The position numbers and the translations under genes are program-made. From contig OZ244999.1 in assembly GCA_965223265.1 (NCBI GenBank), positions 2,560,001 to 2,624,000 of the forward strand: 64,000 bases of DNA. The letters are read 5' to 3'. A model generated the notes under the pieces. That model searched no databases. It was not told the DNA's origin and worked only from the letters and a program-made list of their open reading frames with translations. The stretch is from Planctomycetota bacterium. GTDB taxonomy: Bacteria > Planctomycetota > UBA8108 > SXIK01. Within the stretch, counting starts at the first letter, position 1. Each line of letters begins with the position of its first letter. Shown here piece by piece: positions 37,701 through 49,000 of this stretch.

Positions 37701-39701
37701 CATGGTGGTGAGATACAACCAGGGTTCCTGCTCACTCTGATCCCGCCCGATTTCGAAGGTGTTGAGGTCTACGTGACAACGGACGGCAGCGACCCGCGCA
37801 CACCGCTCACAGGCGACGTGTCGCCGGGTGCGATGCTCTACAGCGAAGCGATCGCTCTCGATAAGCAAACAACGGTGAAGGCGCGTGCACTTCAGGGGGG
37901 AGTGTGGAGTGCGCTCAACGAGGCGGAGTTCGTGATCAGCGATCTCCCGCCGCCAGTCGGCGTGGTCATCAGCGAGATTTTCTACAACGCTGGCGGCGTC
38001 GACTCGGAGCACGATGTGGAGTTCGTCGAGCTCACCAACCCCACGGCGGCACCCCTGCAACTTGATGGAACGTTCTTTTCTGATGGGATCCGATTCACTT
38101 TCCCGCCAGGGACACAGTTAGAACCCGGGGGGTACATCGTGCTCGCGTCCGACGCGTTCGTTTTCCGCGAGCTTTATCCCGGCGTGGCTCTCTTCGACAC
38201 GTTCGCAGGTCGGCTCGCAGATGGAGGTGAGCGTGTGACGCTGCGGAGTGCGGCAGGCGAGCGACTCTTCTCAGTGAGCTATGAAGACAGCGGGCTGTGG
38301 CCGGTGGCGGCAGATGGCTTAGGCTTTTCTCTCGTCTTAACGGACGGTGCTGCCGTTGACGATCCAGACGCAGCCGACGACCCGTTTCGCTGGCACGCGA
38401 GTGAGTTGGCCGGCGGCTCACCGGGGCGCACTGAGAGCACAGTATTCAGCGCTGACGTTTTCATCAGCGAAGTCGCCGTTCAAGCTCTGCCGGCAGTGGA
38501 CGCCGTTGAGTTGGTCAACTTCGAGGACGTCGATGTCGACGTGAGTGGCTGGTTTCTGAGTCCGGCGCGCTTTGACGGCGACGCGCTCCGACGCTTCCGC
38601 ATTCCGAATGGCATGGTGATCGAGCCGGGCGGCTACCTCGTGCTGCGCGAGACCGAACTGCTCGTGTTGCCTGAAGATCCAGGTGACCTATTGCCGCACG
38701 ATATCGGCGGCAATCTCTACCTCTCGTCTGCCGATGCGAACGAACGGCTGACAGGACACATCACGAGCGCGCGGTTCGGTCCGGAAAGCGTCGGGACGAG
38801 CTTCGGCCTGCACGCGACGTCGACAGGGCTCGACTTCACCGCGCTCCGCTCGACGACGCTGGGTCGTGACAACGCCGCGCCGCGTCTCGCCGAGGTCGTG
38901 ATCAACGAGATTCACTACAACCCAGCCGATACAGGGAGCGAATTTGTCGAGCTGTTCAATCCGGGGACGACCGCGCTCTTGCTCGACGGCTGGGAGCTTG
39001 GGGGCGTTCGCGATCGCGGCGGCGAAGAGCGTTTTGCGTTTCCTGACGGCGTGACGTTAGCCGCGCGTGGTTACGCGCTGATCGTAGGTAGCGACCCGGA
39101 GGCCTTTCGTTTGGCCCACGGAGTACCACCGACCGTGCCGATCGCCGGTCCGTTCGCCGGCGCGCTCAGTAACGGCGGTGAGCGCCTACGACTGTGGAAA
39201 CCGATTGCCGCTGCGTCTGACGTTTTCAGCCGCGTCGATTCTGTGCGCTACGACGATGCGGCGCCGTGGCCTGAAGCAGCTGACGGCGACGGTGCATCGC
39301 TTGAGCGCATCGAGGCGTCGGCGTACGGCAACGAAGTCTTGAACTGGGCCGCATCGCTCGCCGCGGGTGGCACCCCTGGAGAGAAAAACAGCGCCACTCC
39401 CGACAGTGGTTCGGGCGGTCAGAGACTGCCAAGCGACATCACACAAGACGGCCGCCTGAGTGTGAGCGACGCGATCGTGCTTCTCGGACATCTGTTCGGT
39501 TTTCTGCCAGCGCAGACTCCGTGCGGTGACGGAGAGCAGGCAGAAGCCGGCACGCGGCGCCTCCTCGATGCGAACGGCGACGTCCTCGTCAACGTCGCCG
39601 ACGCTGTCTACCTGCTCAACTATCTTTTTGCCTCGGGCCCGGGGCATCGGCTCGGCGCGGAGTGCGTACCCATTGTGGGTTGTCCTAACGGATGCCCGTA
39701 G
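34725..39701 (+). CDS. Large secreted CotH-kinase / multi-lamin-tail / Fn3-like protein with a C-terminal dockerin-like module
   Basis: Signal peptide; four ISE/INE lamin-tail starts; FFTLDGSEP; YWGLYNPVERPD and MWDGE CotH motifs; SDITQDG...DANGDVLVNVADAV. Confidence 0.88.
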   Translation: MVENKSGTIRRPRCQSLLVIVACVAAFVAAAPVVGDTVVYFEMAQEWRFFQGTAEPSGRTLDWTQPQFDDSTWSSGLAPFGFGNSPPFGTDLSQLQPPMQDNYTTLYLRTTFEIPELADVFSFVARVFVDDGLRFWINGQLVQVFRAPDGEFVPFDAVATAAHSPRVPEEFVFEDPSSFLVEGTNVVAIQLFNRSITNGDLKFDLELRDPIGPDIVPPSLTSVLPSPGRVVSRLTRIEVSFDEPVTGVDPEDLLINGAAVAALRGSGSGPYEFTFDALPRGEVAVAWRDGHAITDVSEKRNPFAGDPWSYRVDPDVAVPAVVISEFLAANRSGIPDENRDRGSWIELRSDVVDPVRLSGFSLTDDRRRVDKWVFPDVTLDPGARLVVFASGKDRRAPDSELHTNFELDTRGEYLGLYDDQSPRRVIFEVTPRYPQQQPDVSYGLNAAGEFSYLSPPTPLEANDSAVVFGEIVRAPLLSVERGFYTDPVEVTVEAPTAGSEVFFTLDGSEPTPDAETASPYSEPLTFTTTTMLRARAFRSGDLPSATATSTYIFVDDVVQQRFLRADVIDDPASNAAFRASLEGIPILSIVTSRDIMFGPGGAYSSKGDHPASVELIHADGAEGFQVDCSIERHSNAESKTSLRLMFKREYGVDKLRYPFFDSAPLHADSAVREFDRIILRSGKNQSWPNGRFRELVTYVEDQWVRDSQLAMSGIGSHGTFVHLFIRGNYWGLYNPVERPDAWFTSAYFGGGKADYFATNFNIDEGSGRHLSGDPSRFNDMVEMALERELADPERYAAFREFVDVEKFIDYVILFWFSGFGDGIENNWYGGARTSPAGTFMYFMWDGEFIFLSTAGPPGNGVAWVPPYFFNNDLGTTSIVRVWKALLDNPEFRVLFADRVYKHCFNDGALTAAESRARLKALTDFIEDAIVGESARWGGGFTREGHWRPAVERLNQKLVDNVEIFIIALRRWSHAGWPGAELYPSVDPPLFSQHGGEIQPGFLLTLIPPDFEGVEVYVTTDGSDPRTPLTGDVSPGAMLYSEAIALDKQTTVKARALQGGVWSALNEAEFVISDLPPPVGVVISEIFYNAGGVDSEHDVEFVELTNPTAAPLQLDGTFFSDGIRFTFPPGTQLEPGGYIVLASDAFVFRELYPGVALFDTFAGRLADGGERVTLRSAAGERLFSVSYEDSGLWPVAADGLGFSLVLTDGAAVDDPDAADDPFRWHASELAGGSPGRTESTVFSADVFISEVAVQALPAVDAVELVNFEDVDVDVSGWFLSPARFDGDALRRFRIPNGMVIEPGGYLVLRETELLVLPEDPGDLLPHDIGGNLYLSSADANERLTGHITSARFGPESVGTSFGLHATSTGLDFTALRSTTLGRDNAAPRLAEVVINEIHYNPADTGSEFVELFNPGTTALLLDGWELGGVRDRGGEERFAFPDGVTLAARGYALIVGSDPEAFRLAHGVPPTVPIAGPFAGALSNGGERLRLWKPIAAASDVFSRVDSVRYDDAAPWPEAADGDGASLERIEASAYGNEVLNWAASLAAGGTPGEKNSATPDSGSGGQRLPSDITQDGRLSVSDAIVLLGHLFGFLPAQTPCGDGEQAEAGTRRLLDANGDVLVNVADAVYLLNYLFASGPGHRLGAECVPIVGCPNGCP

Positions 39702-39862
39702 CCGTGCGTCGCGAAGGAACCACTCCACGGGCACCAGAGAGCGCCGAGCTGAAGCGCGGCGAGGCATAGTCGAGGTTGGGCTGGCCATCGGGACTCAGAA
39801 GTCTTGCGCACTCTTTCCTCCCCTGAGAGAGTTTGTGAGTGTTCAAAGACTGTTCCCGAAGA

Positions 39863-39970
39863 GTAGCAGGCACACTCCCGTGTGCCGTTTCCGGACGTGA
39901 GCTTAGAGCGTGACGGGGACCGTGGACCGTGAGCGTGACCGTGACGTCTTGGCGCGTGCCTGCTACTTTG
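39863..39970. repeat. Inverted doublet of the same REP-like core between convergent genes (REPIN/BIME-like)
   Basis: GTAGCAGGCACACTCCCGTGTGCCGT (39863-88) and inverted half copy GTGCCTGCTACTTTG (39956-70), separated by CGTGAN-like hexamers. Confidence 0.85.
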
Positions 39971-39991
39971 AAGACGTCACTCTGCGTGCGA

Positions 39992-41310
39992 TCACGTCTC
40001 GCAGTCGAAGAGTCGATCCGGCGTCGCATCGACGCCTGCTTCCGGATAGGGAACCGGTGGGCGTTCACCACTGCGAAAGAGATAGTTGAGGAGGAAGACC
40101 GGATCCGCCACGGTCAGCACACCGTCGTCGTTGGTGTCGCTGGCGTCGCCGCAGCGCAGGGCGCGGCCGCGAAAGAGCTCGAGCACCTGGACGACCGCGT
40201 CCCCGAGCCCGAGTGCGCCGTTGGCGTCGCTGTCACCGCGCAGGAACACCGACGCGGCCGTGGCCTCACCCTCGAACTGCAGCTGGACAACGGCGATATC
40301 ATTCTCGTTGCCGTTGAATTCAGTCCCGGCGGTGACGATGCGCCCCGAAGGGGTGAGCGCGAAATCTTGGATGTCGACGAGGTCGTCGAAGCGGCGATGC
40401 GAGAAACTGAGTCGCCAGAGATCGGCACCATCGGCGTCGACGGCGATCAAGTTGCGTCCCGCATGCATCACGAAGCCGCTGCTCGTCGCGAACACTGCTC
40501 CTATCATGGCCCGGTCTTCAGCGACAGTGAAGACTCGTTGCCATCCTAGACCACCATCAGGGGTGATTCGGGCGAGATAAGGGCGTGTTCTATCATGCTC
40601 CCCGGAGACCCCGATACCGCCAACACCGTGATCCACCGCACCCGCGCGAGGTTGGAGATCTGGGCAATTCCGTCCCACACCTCCTCCCCAGTCGCAGTGA
40701 GCGCTCGGACTCCTTGACGGGGCACTGCGACGATCCATTCATCACCTCGACGCGCGATGGCTTCGATTCCGGATAGATCGAGGATGGCGTGGGTCTCCGT
40801 GCGAGTAACGCCGACGAGCCCCGCGTCGGTCACCACAGCAATGTCTCCTGGTCCTATCGCGAACGCCATGGGCTCTGCATTCCGCGGGCCGGCGGTGATG
40901 TTTTCGACACGAATCGACCTTTCGACGTTGCCATCGGCGTCGAGCCAGACGACGAGATCGCTACCGACCGCTGCGATGCTGCCGTCGCTCAGGCAAACCA
41001 CTGAGCGAACGCTGATGAGTACCTCCAGAGTTCGCTGCCAAAGTACCTGACCCTCTTCGTCGAGCTTGACGATGTATCCGACCTCAATGGGGGTGAAGGA
41101 ATCACTCTCGCCGCCGACGACGATGCTGTTGTCCGTGCCGACACAAACGCTCCGGGCGGAGTCGTCGATCCCACCTCCGATGGCTCGCGACCAGGCGGTG
41201 AAGGGCCTGACATCGTCCGCCCCAGCTGGAGGCGCGGACACGAATAGAACCAGAAACCAGAGAGAAAGAGCGAACGAACGAACGAAACAGATGTGACGTC
41301 GCACTGCCAT
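39992..41310 (-). pseudogene. Secreted beta-propeller-like protein with a C-terminal dockerin-like module, split by one frameshift near 40670
   Basis: GGAGG+ATG at 41310 and signal peptide in one frame (stop 40546); propeller blades and FLRGDSDANG module in an overlapping frame; could be a sequencing indel. Confidence 0.7.
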
Positions 41311-41821
41311 ACTGACCTCCATTTCCCCGGAATTTGCCAGTTGCGTTTGAAATAAGCTCTGGCGCTGAAGACGAAGCCCCGCGCTCCCCCTCAGAGGCGA
41401 CGGAAGGCGTCACCCTCTCGATCCTGCGTGCCGGCGCGGGCGACGGCTCGATTTCGCCCGGTCGCCACCTTTGCGGCGAGCCGGACACGGTTGCGTGTCG
41501 AAAACTCCTGGCCATCACCCAAGCGCGGAATCCCTACCCGACCGCCGAGTCATCACAACGGCTCGATGCAAATGTTATTCCGCAGTCGCTTCCGTCGACG
41601 TCGACTCGCGTAAGTCCTCTCGCGTGACGACGTTTCCTCTGTTGTCAACGGCGGAGTGAAAATCCCCGCGGCGTCGCAGTGTTCCAAGGTGCCTTTACAC
41701 TGTGTGTCCCAACCGCCCAGGCCGAAAGCAGGGAGGAGCTTGAGGAGAGCACGCAGATGTCAACGATGTCGACTGCGGGCGCACCATGGACGGTGCACGC
41801 GCACGAACCCTGTGCCTCAAT

Positions 41822-41869
41822 AGAAAGCGCCCGGGAAATGCCGCCTCGTGTGGCGACATTTCCCGAGCG
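41822..41869 (-). terminator. Probable terminator hairpin downstream of the heme-binding gene
   Basis: CGCCCGGGAAATGCCGCC / GGCGACATTTCCCGAGCG, followed by CTTTCT on the minus strand. Confidence 0.5.
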
Positions 41870-41911
41870 TACAAGAGATTCTCGTGACACCGGAACGGGG
41901 CGTTTCTCAGA

Positions 41912-42754
41912 TCACTCGTTCGGGCCGATCGGGTGCGTCTCGGGAAGCGCCTCGGCGATGCCGATCACGTCATCGTCACAGGCTGGGTGGCCGAAACCGC
42001 CCGCACTGACGCCATCGGCAATGTCGAAGATGATGTTGTCGTCGCCGGTGGCGCTGACGCCGAGGGGCACGTTGTCAAGGCCAAGCCCGTCGCGGATCTT
42101 CCAGGCGACGACGTGGTCGGTGCAGGAGGTGTCGCCGCTGACGCCAATGGCGCCGACGACTTCGCCCTCTTCGTCATAGAGCGCGAGACCGCCGCCGAAA
42201 ACGTTGACGCCACCGATGCGCTCGCCCGCCATCGGATCGTTGTGCTGGCCGTAGTTTCTGGGGTTGCCGCGGTAGGCGGCATCGGTGTTGACCGGGTTAC
42301 TGAGCTGCAGGCCGAAGAGGCTGCCGCCGGGCTGGACGGCCGAGAAGAGGTTCGCCGTCGACAGCGCCAGACCTGCCGCGCCGCGCGTGTCCACCGGCAG
42401 GCTGAACGAATTGGCCGTGTTCGCCTTCTGCGCCGAGATCACGCGGCTGCCGGGCCACTGGTCGCCGCGATCGCTGCCTGAAAAGGCAACGGCGCAGACG
42501 ATGCCATCCCGATTGACGAGCGTTGCCCACATGTCGTTGGCAAGGCCGCTGCTGCCCGCTTCCTCGACGACGGCGAGAAGCACTTCGTGGAGTTCTTCAT
42601 GGCTCGGAAGACCGGCGCACGCTGCCTGCGCGTTCGCCTCAGCGGCGAAGGCCTCCTTCGTTTCGACGAGCGCGCCGCCGCCGGACGATTCGGTGCAGCC
42701 ACTGGCGACGATCCAAAGTGCCGCGAAGAGTAGTGAAGTGACAATCGTCTTCAT
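41912..42754 (-). CDS. GlcG/HbpS-family heme-binding lipoprotein
   Basis: ASGC lipobox; SRVISAQKANTA, GGVNVFGGGLALY, VGAIGVSGDTSCTDH. Confidence 0.88.
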   Translation of the reverse strand: MKTIVTSLLFAALWIVASGCTESSGGGALVETKEAFAAEANAQAACAGLPSHEELHEVLLAVVEEAGSSGLANDMWATLVNRDGIVCAVAFSGSDRGDQWPGSRVISAQKANTANSFSLPVDTRGAAGLALSTANLFSAVQPGGSLFGLQLSNPVNTDAAYRGNPRNYGQHNDPMAGERIGGVNVFGGGLALYDEEGEVVGAIGVSGDTSCTDHVVAWKIRDGLGLDNVPLGVSATGDDNIIFDIADGVSAGGFGHPACDDDVIGIAEALPETHPIGPNE

Positions 42755-43011
42755 TTTTTCTCCGTTTTACATCATCTTGCTAATTACGAATGAAAAACCG
42801 CCGCGTACGCATCCCCACGACCGCGTCACGGATTCCTCCTTTCACGATCCGATGCACGTTGACCTGTGATGCCGTGCGCCCGGCTCTTGGCGCTCGGGCC
42901 GGGACGCGCACGCCGGCACTATGGCCTGAAGCGTGCTACGGCGGCCCGCCGCGACACCCGATTGTGCGTTGCCGCGAGTTTCCTCTGTTCCTTGAACCCA
43001 AACGCTAAGGT

Positions 43012-43392
43012 TTAGCGAGCGGCGGAGCGAGCATCAAGGGGTTTGCGCTCTTCTTTAGTGGTAGGAGGGGCGGTGATGTCGTCTCTTGGTGCGTCTTCGT
43101 CGGAGCTGGCTCGACGGCAGGAGAGGCCACGGCACAGCGCGGCCAAGGCTTGGATCGCGATTGCGAAGGCGCCGAGAGCGCCACCGCAGAGCACACCGGC
43201 CGTCGCGCCAAGCACGACTGCGAGTCCGGGTGGATCAACCTCCTTGTTTGGGATCGCACCGTCGAAGAGCCCCGGGGCGAGCGTGCCCGCTGCGCATCCG
43301 AAGGAGGCCCCGAGGAGCATGCCGAAAAACGCGGTGGCGGTGACCGTTGCGATCGCAGAAATCGCATTGAGCCGCACACAAGAAACCTCCAC
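43012..43392 (-). CDS. Small hypothetical membrane protein
   Basis: Two Gly-rich hydrophobic segments; start uncertain. Confidence 0.5.
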   Translation of the reverse strand: MEVSCVRLNAISAIATVTATAFFGMLLGASFGCAAGTLAPGLFDGAIPNKEVDPPGLAVVLGATAGVLCGGALGAFAIAIQALAALCRGLSCRRASSDEDAPRDDITAPPTTKEERKPLDARSAAR

Positions 43393-43658
43393 AATGGTTT
43401 CGCGCGATTGAGAGCATGACCGAGCTCTGTCCAGATCGCCGTAATCTCTTCATGATCGCCCGGGTCGATGCCGATTGCACGGCTTTCGTGCGTCGCTCGC
43501 CGCCGGCTGCAAAAGAGTGGCGTGTAAGTTCGACTCTGACCTCACTTTTCACCCGCGTCGAGGTCGCCTGTACTCAGACCGCTTGCCGCGGGAGCTCGAG
43601 GACAGCTTGCATGGCAGAACCTATGTTGGAGCATGAGGAAGTCGTTGTGTCGGATACA

Positions 43659-44612
43659 GTGAAGTTCCGTTTTTACCTGCTCGTCCGTGCCCTTTTCGTG
43701 GTGCTGCTGCCAGTCGGCGCTGCCGTTGCCGATGAGCCGGCCAGAATCCTTCAGGGCGCGAAGCGGATCGTCTTTCTTGGCGCTTCGAACACTTATTCAG
43801 GCCACTACGTCGCGCTCGTCGCCGCGCGTCTGCGACTCGAAGCAAAAACTCGTCGGATCGAGTGTGTCAACGTCGGCTTACCGAGCGAGACGGTGAGCGG
43901 CCTCTCGGAGCCGGACCATCCGTTCCCGCGGCCTGACCTGCATGAGCGTCTCGACCGGGTCCTGGCGAAGTTGCAACCAGACGTGGTGGTCGCCACCTAC
44001 GGCATGAACGATGCCATCTACTATCCGTTCAGCGCAGAGCGATTCGCTGCCTTCAAGGGCGGGATGCGGCGCCTGGTCGACAAGGTCAAACGCAGCGGCG
44101 CCAAGCTCGTGCTCTTGACACCAGCGGCGTTCGACCCCGAGCCCATGCGGCGTCAGGGAAAGCTCCGCGGCGGGGATGCGGAGAAGTTTGCCTGGTTTGC
44201 GATTTACGAAGGGTATGACACGGTGATGCGCCGCTACGCCGACTGGCTGCTGGAGCAAAAGAGCCAGGTCGACATCGTCGTCGATGTGCATAAGGCGTTC
44301 ACGACGTACCTCACCGAGGAGCGCAAGAAGGACCCAGATTTCGTTATGTCGGACGACGGTGTGCACTTCGACAAGTCGGGGCATCGAGTCGTTGCTGCGG
44401 CGGTGCTCAAAGCATGGGGCTTTTCGCCGCCAACGGCTGTCGACGAGGATCTGCTCCAGCTTGTCGCCGAAAGGCAGGAAGTCCTGCGGAACGCCTGGAT
44501 CGCGGACATCGGCCACAAACGCCCTGGAGTCAAGAAAGGACTGCCGCTCTCCGAGGCCAACGAGCGCGTCGCCGTTCTTGAGCGTCGCATCTCGTCGCTG
44601 CTCGAGCGTTGA
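43659..44612 (+). CDS. Secreted SGNH/GDSL hydrolase
   Basis: IVFLGASNT, NVGLPSET, YGMND, DGVH blocks; start placed at the GTG before the signal peptide. Confidence 0.9.
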   Translation: MKFRFYLLVRALFVVLLPVGAAVADEPARILQGAKRIVFLGASNTYSGHYVALVAARLRLEAKTRRIECVNVGLPSETVSGLSEPDHPFPRPDLHERLDRVLAKLQPDVVVATYGMNDAIYYPFSAERFAAFKGGMRRLVDKVKRSGAKLVLLTPAAFDPEPMRRQGKLRGGDAEKFAWFAIYEGYDTVMRRYADWLLEQKSQVDIVVDVHKAFTTYLTEERKKDPDFVMSDDGVHFDKSGHRVVAAAVLKAWGFSPPTAVDEDLLQLVAERQEVLRNAWIADIGHKRPGVKKGLPLSEANERVAVLERRISSLLER

Positions 44613-44661
44613 CGACGTGTCGCATTGACAGCGTGGCGCGCTTCAGCTCCGGCTCCGGCCT

Positions 44662-45534
44662 CTACGACCCCCGGCTCTCTTTGCTGCTCTTCTTGCTTTT
44701 CTTTCTCTTCTTCTTTTTCGTCTTCGACTTGGCCTTGTCGCGGGTGATCATTTTTTCTCCGATCTGTTGCTCGACCCACTTCGGATCCAGCTTGCCTTCG
44801 ATGACCACCTTGAAAACAAAGCTCTGAACGGAACCGTTCCAGCAGAGGCCCACATTACCAGTGGCGCCGGACTTGCTGAGAAACCGCGACTCCTCCGTCT
44901 TCGCTACAGGTTTTTGACGACGTGTCGATTCGAGCGACTTCGCCGTCAGTCGAAACCCAAACGAAAGACGTTTGTTCGAGATCAGCTTTGGCTCCTTCGC
45001 TGGCATCGGCTTGCAGGCGTGTCGACGCCCGCGAAGGCTCACGAATTGACGCCCGGCGTTCGTCCCGACGCTGCGTTTCGTCTTGCTATCGCGATAGACC
45101 GCGGCCAAGAAGGTCCCTGGGCGAAAAGAGCTGACGTGCATGACGTTGACATCGCAGCGGACTTTCCTCAGAAAGCGAGCCTTGTGGTACCACTCGCCGA
45201 AGTCGCTGACGATGATTCCATTCTCGATAAAAATGCCACCTTCTCCCTCTCGCGCCCACCGGACACGAGACTTCGTCTTTTCGATGCTGGGGATCCAGTC
45301 GTACGTCAGCGAGTCGGTTTCCGACTCGAAGTTATAGACTAGGTGAAGATTTCCATTGCTGAGAAAACGCTTTTTGCTGGCATCGAAGAGCTTGAGGATC
45401 GTCGCTTGCTGCTCGCGCAGTCGGGCTGACTTTGATTTCTTTTTCTTCGCCTCAACGTCTCCGATTGGAGTGACGAGAGCGGCGAGCACGGCAATCACGC
45501 AGAGACCCCAGCGCAACTCTCTATGTGGCTTCAT
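44662..45534 (-). CDS. Secreted, very basic hypothetical protein
   Basis: GGAGG RBS, signal peptide ending VEA, Lys-rich tails at both ends. Confidence 0.7.
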   Translation of the reverse strand: MKPHRELRWGLCVIAVLAALVTPIGDVEAKKKKSKSARLREQQATILKLFDASKKRFLSNGNLHLVYNFESETDSLTYDWIPSIEKTKSRVRWAREGEGGIFIENGIIVSDFGEWYHKARFLRKVRCDVNVMHVSSFRPGTFLAAVYRDSKTKRSVGTNAGRQFVSLRGRRHACKPMPAKEPKLISNKRLSFGFRLTAKSLESTRRQKPVAKTEESRFLSKSGATGNVGLCWNGSVQSFVFKVVIEGKLDPKWVEQQIGEKMITRDKAKSKTKKKKRKKSKKSSKESRGS

Positions 45535-45847
45535 GGCAACCTCCCCGTAGCACGTCGTCAGCACCACTTGATCGGCGGCGTGCGTGGGCCGCCAATTCCA
45601 TGGATTCTATCGTATGAGCACCTTTGCCGGACTGCAAGCGGCGGCGTGGGACGCTCCAGGCGCGCAGCCGTCTGCGCGTGAGGAAGCGCTGGGAAAGCGA
45701 TCGTTTTTTAGGGTGATCAGCGAGTCCATCTGCTACAACAGAGGCATGTTTGGGCGGGCAAGTCGTTGTTCTTGTTGGCAGCGCACCGGAGACGACTCTG
45801 GGCAGGCTGTCCGAGTTTTTCAGAGTCCTTCCTGAGGAGGAAAAAGG

Positions 45848-47629
<1,782 letters not shown>

Positions 47630-47665
47630 CACTAAGCTAAGAGTCGAGCGGCTCGTAGTGAACGT

Positions 47666-47714
47666 AGCCCCGCCTCGGTGCACCTCGTAGTGCACTGGGG
47701 CGGGGCTTTTTTTT
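47666..47714 (+). terminator. Rho-independent terminator
   Basis: AGCCCCGCCTCGGTGCAC / GTGCACTGGGGCGGGGCT stem followed by a T run. Confidence 0.85.
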
Positions 47715-47739
47715 CGGCGAACTGGCCCGTCCGGTTCGC

Positions 47740-48657
47740 TCATTCATCGGGCGTTTCCGCTGTCGGCGTTGGGTAGCCGTCGGAGTAGGAGTTGCTGGCA
47801 ACGGCCTCGACTGCCCACAGCAGATCGTTTCCTGAGATGAGACCAATCGCGTCGATTTCGTTCCAGCCGTCGACTCGATTGGTGTCGAGAGTGACCCGCA
47901 GCCCAACAGCCGGCACGCCGCCGCCGAAGTCGATTTCGAAGTCCCCGGGGCTTTCGGTGGTCGGGTCATCGCCCTCCCACACCGTGTGGTAATTGCCGCT
48001 GGCATCGATCGCTTCGACACGCACGACGGCGCCTGGGTTGTACGTCTCGCGAATCAGCGCTCCGTTGGCGACGACGCTGCGATCATATCCTACCTCGATC
48101 CACTGTTCCCCGGAGTTCCCGCCCTGTGTCGTCCAGGCAGTGGGCAGATCACCGTTCTCGAACGTGTCCGGCTCCCCGAGCACTTGGTTGGCGCTCCAGT
48201 GCAGCTCTCCGGGGTTGCTGCCGGTCATGGTCCGAGGTGGCGCGGAACGGCCAGTGAACGTCATCGTGCCAGATCGTGCCGCCTCAAACTCCCCAACCAG
48301 CCGGCCCAGCTTCTCATCCATCTCGGCGAGCAGGGCCTCAATCTCTCCCACCGAAAAGTCGTCGCTGGCAGGATCTTCGTTTTGATCTCCACCGGAAGCC
48401 TCCCGACCGTCCGGCTCGTGGAGGCTTCGCGTACCCGCTTGTCGCGCGGCGGTCGTCCGCAGTTCCGCCAACAACTCCGTGGTTTGATCCTGTTTCGCCT
48501 GCATCAGAGCGTCCAGCTTCCGTTCGAGGCGATCAAGTCGCGCTCCTATGTCGTCGCTTGGTTGTTCAGCGCGCTGCGTCTTCCAAAGGACGACGCCAAG
48601 GAGCAGAGTCGCCACGAGAGCTGTGGACCAGACGAGTGGCTGCGTTCTGAGCGCCAT
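47740..48657 (-). CDS. Membrane-anchored protein with a coiled coil and a discoidin-like (pappalysin/FBXL4-type) beta-sandwich
   Basis: N-terminal TM helix; WSANQVLGEPD, GDLPTAW, IRETYNPGAV, GWNEIDAIGL motifs; GAGGAGG RBS. Confidence 0.7.
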   Translation of the reverse strand: MALRTQPLVWSTALVATLLLGVVLWKTQRAEQPSDDIGARLDRLERKLDALMQAKQDQTTELLAELRTTAARQAGTRSLHEPDGREASGGDQNEDPASDDFSVGEIEALLAEMDEKLGRLVGEFEAARSGTMTFTGRSAPPRTMTGSNPGELHWSANQVLGEPDTFENGDLPTAWTTQGGNSGEQWIEVGYDRSVVANGALIRETYNPGAVVRVEAIDASGNYHTVWEGDDPTTESPGDFEIDFGGGVPAVGLRVTLDTNRVDGWNEIDAIGLISGNDLLWAVEAVASNSYSDGYPTPTAETPDE

Positions 48658-48721
48658 GAAGGCCTCCTCTCAACGAGTTTGGTGTCCTTGAGTGGTCAGA
48701 CTTTCAACCGCCGATTCAATT

Positions 48722-48888
48722 TAACAGCCTGCCTGAAAAAGTCATTCGGCCGAGAAACCGGCCTCTTCACGCCCAGCTCGACCGCGTCAATACTCGAAAA
48801 TCTCGGAGATTACCTGCGTTTGCCGCGGCCGATCTGGACGCGAAGAGACCAGTTTTCGGCTCGAAGCACTTTTTCAGGCAGGCTGTTA
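48722..48888. mobile_element. MITE-like palindromic element, copy 2 (perfect 21-bp terminal inverted repeats)
   Basis: TAACAGCCTGCCTGAAAAAGT ... ACTTTTTCAGGCAGGCTGTTA; no coding capacity. Confidence 0.85.
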
Positions 48889-49000
48889 GCCGCCGACAAC
48901 TCGATCTCGTAGTCCTTCCAAGATAAGATCTGATGCGCTGTCGCACCGCTGCTGTGAGGTCGCGGCGTTGTCCGACGACAGAGCTCAGATGGAGACCACG

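Noticed and set aside
41320-41820. Riboswitch or ncRNA in the long intergenic region
   Set aside because: There are several short GC hairpins but no recognisable riboswitch consensus. An Rfam search would be needed.
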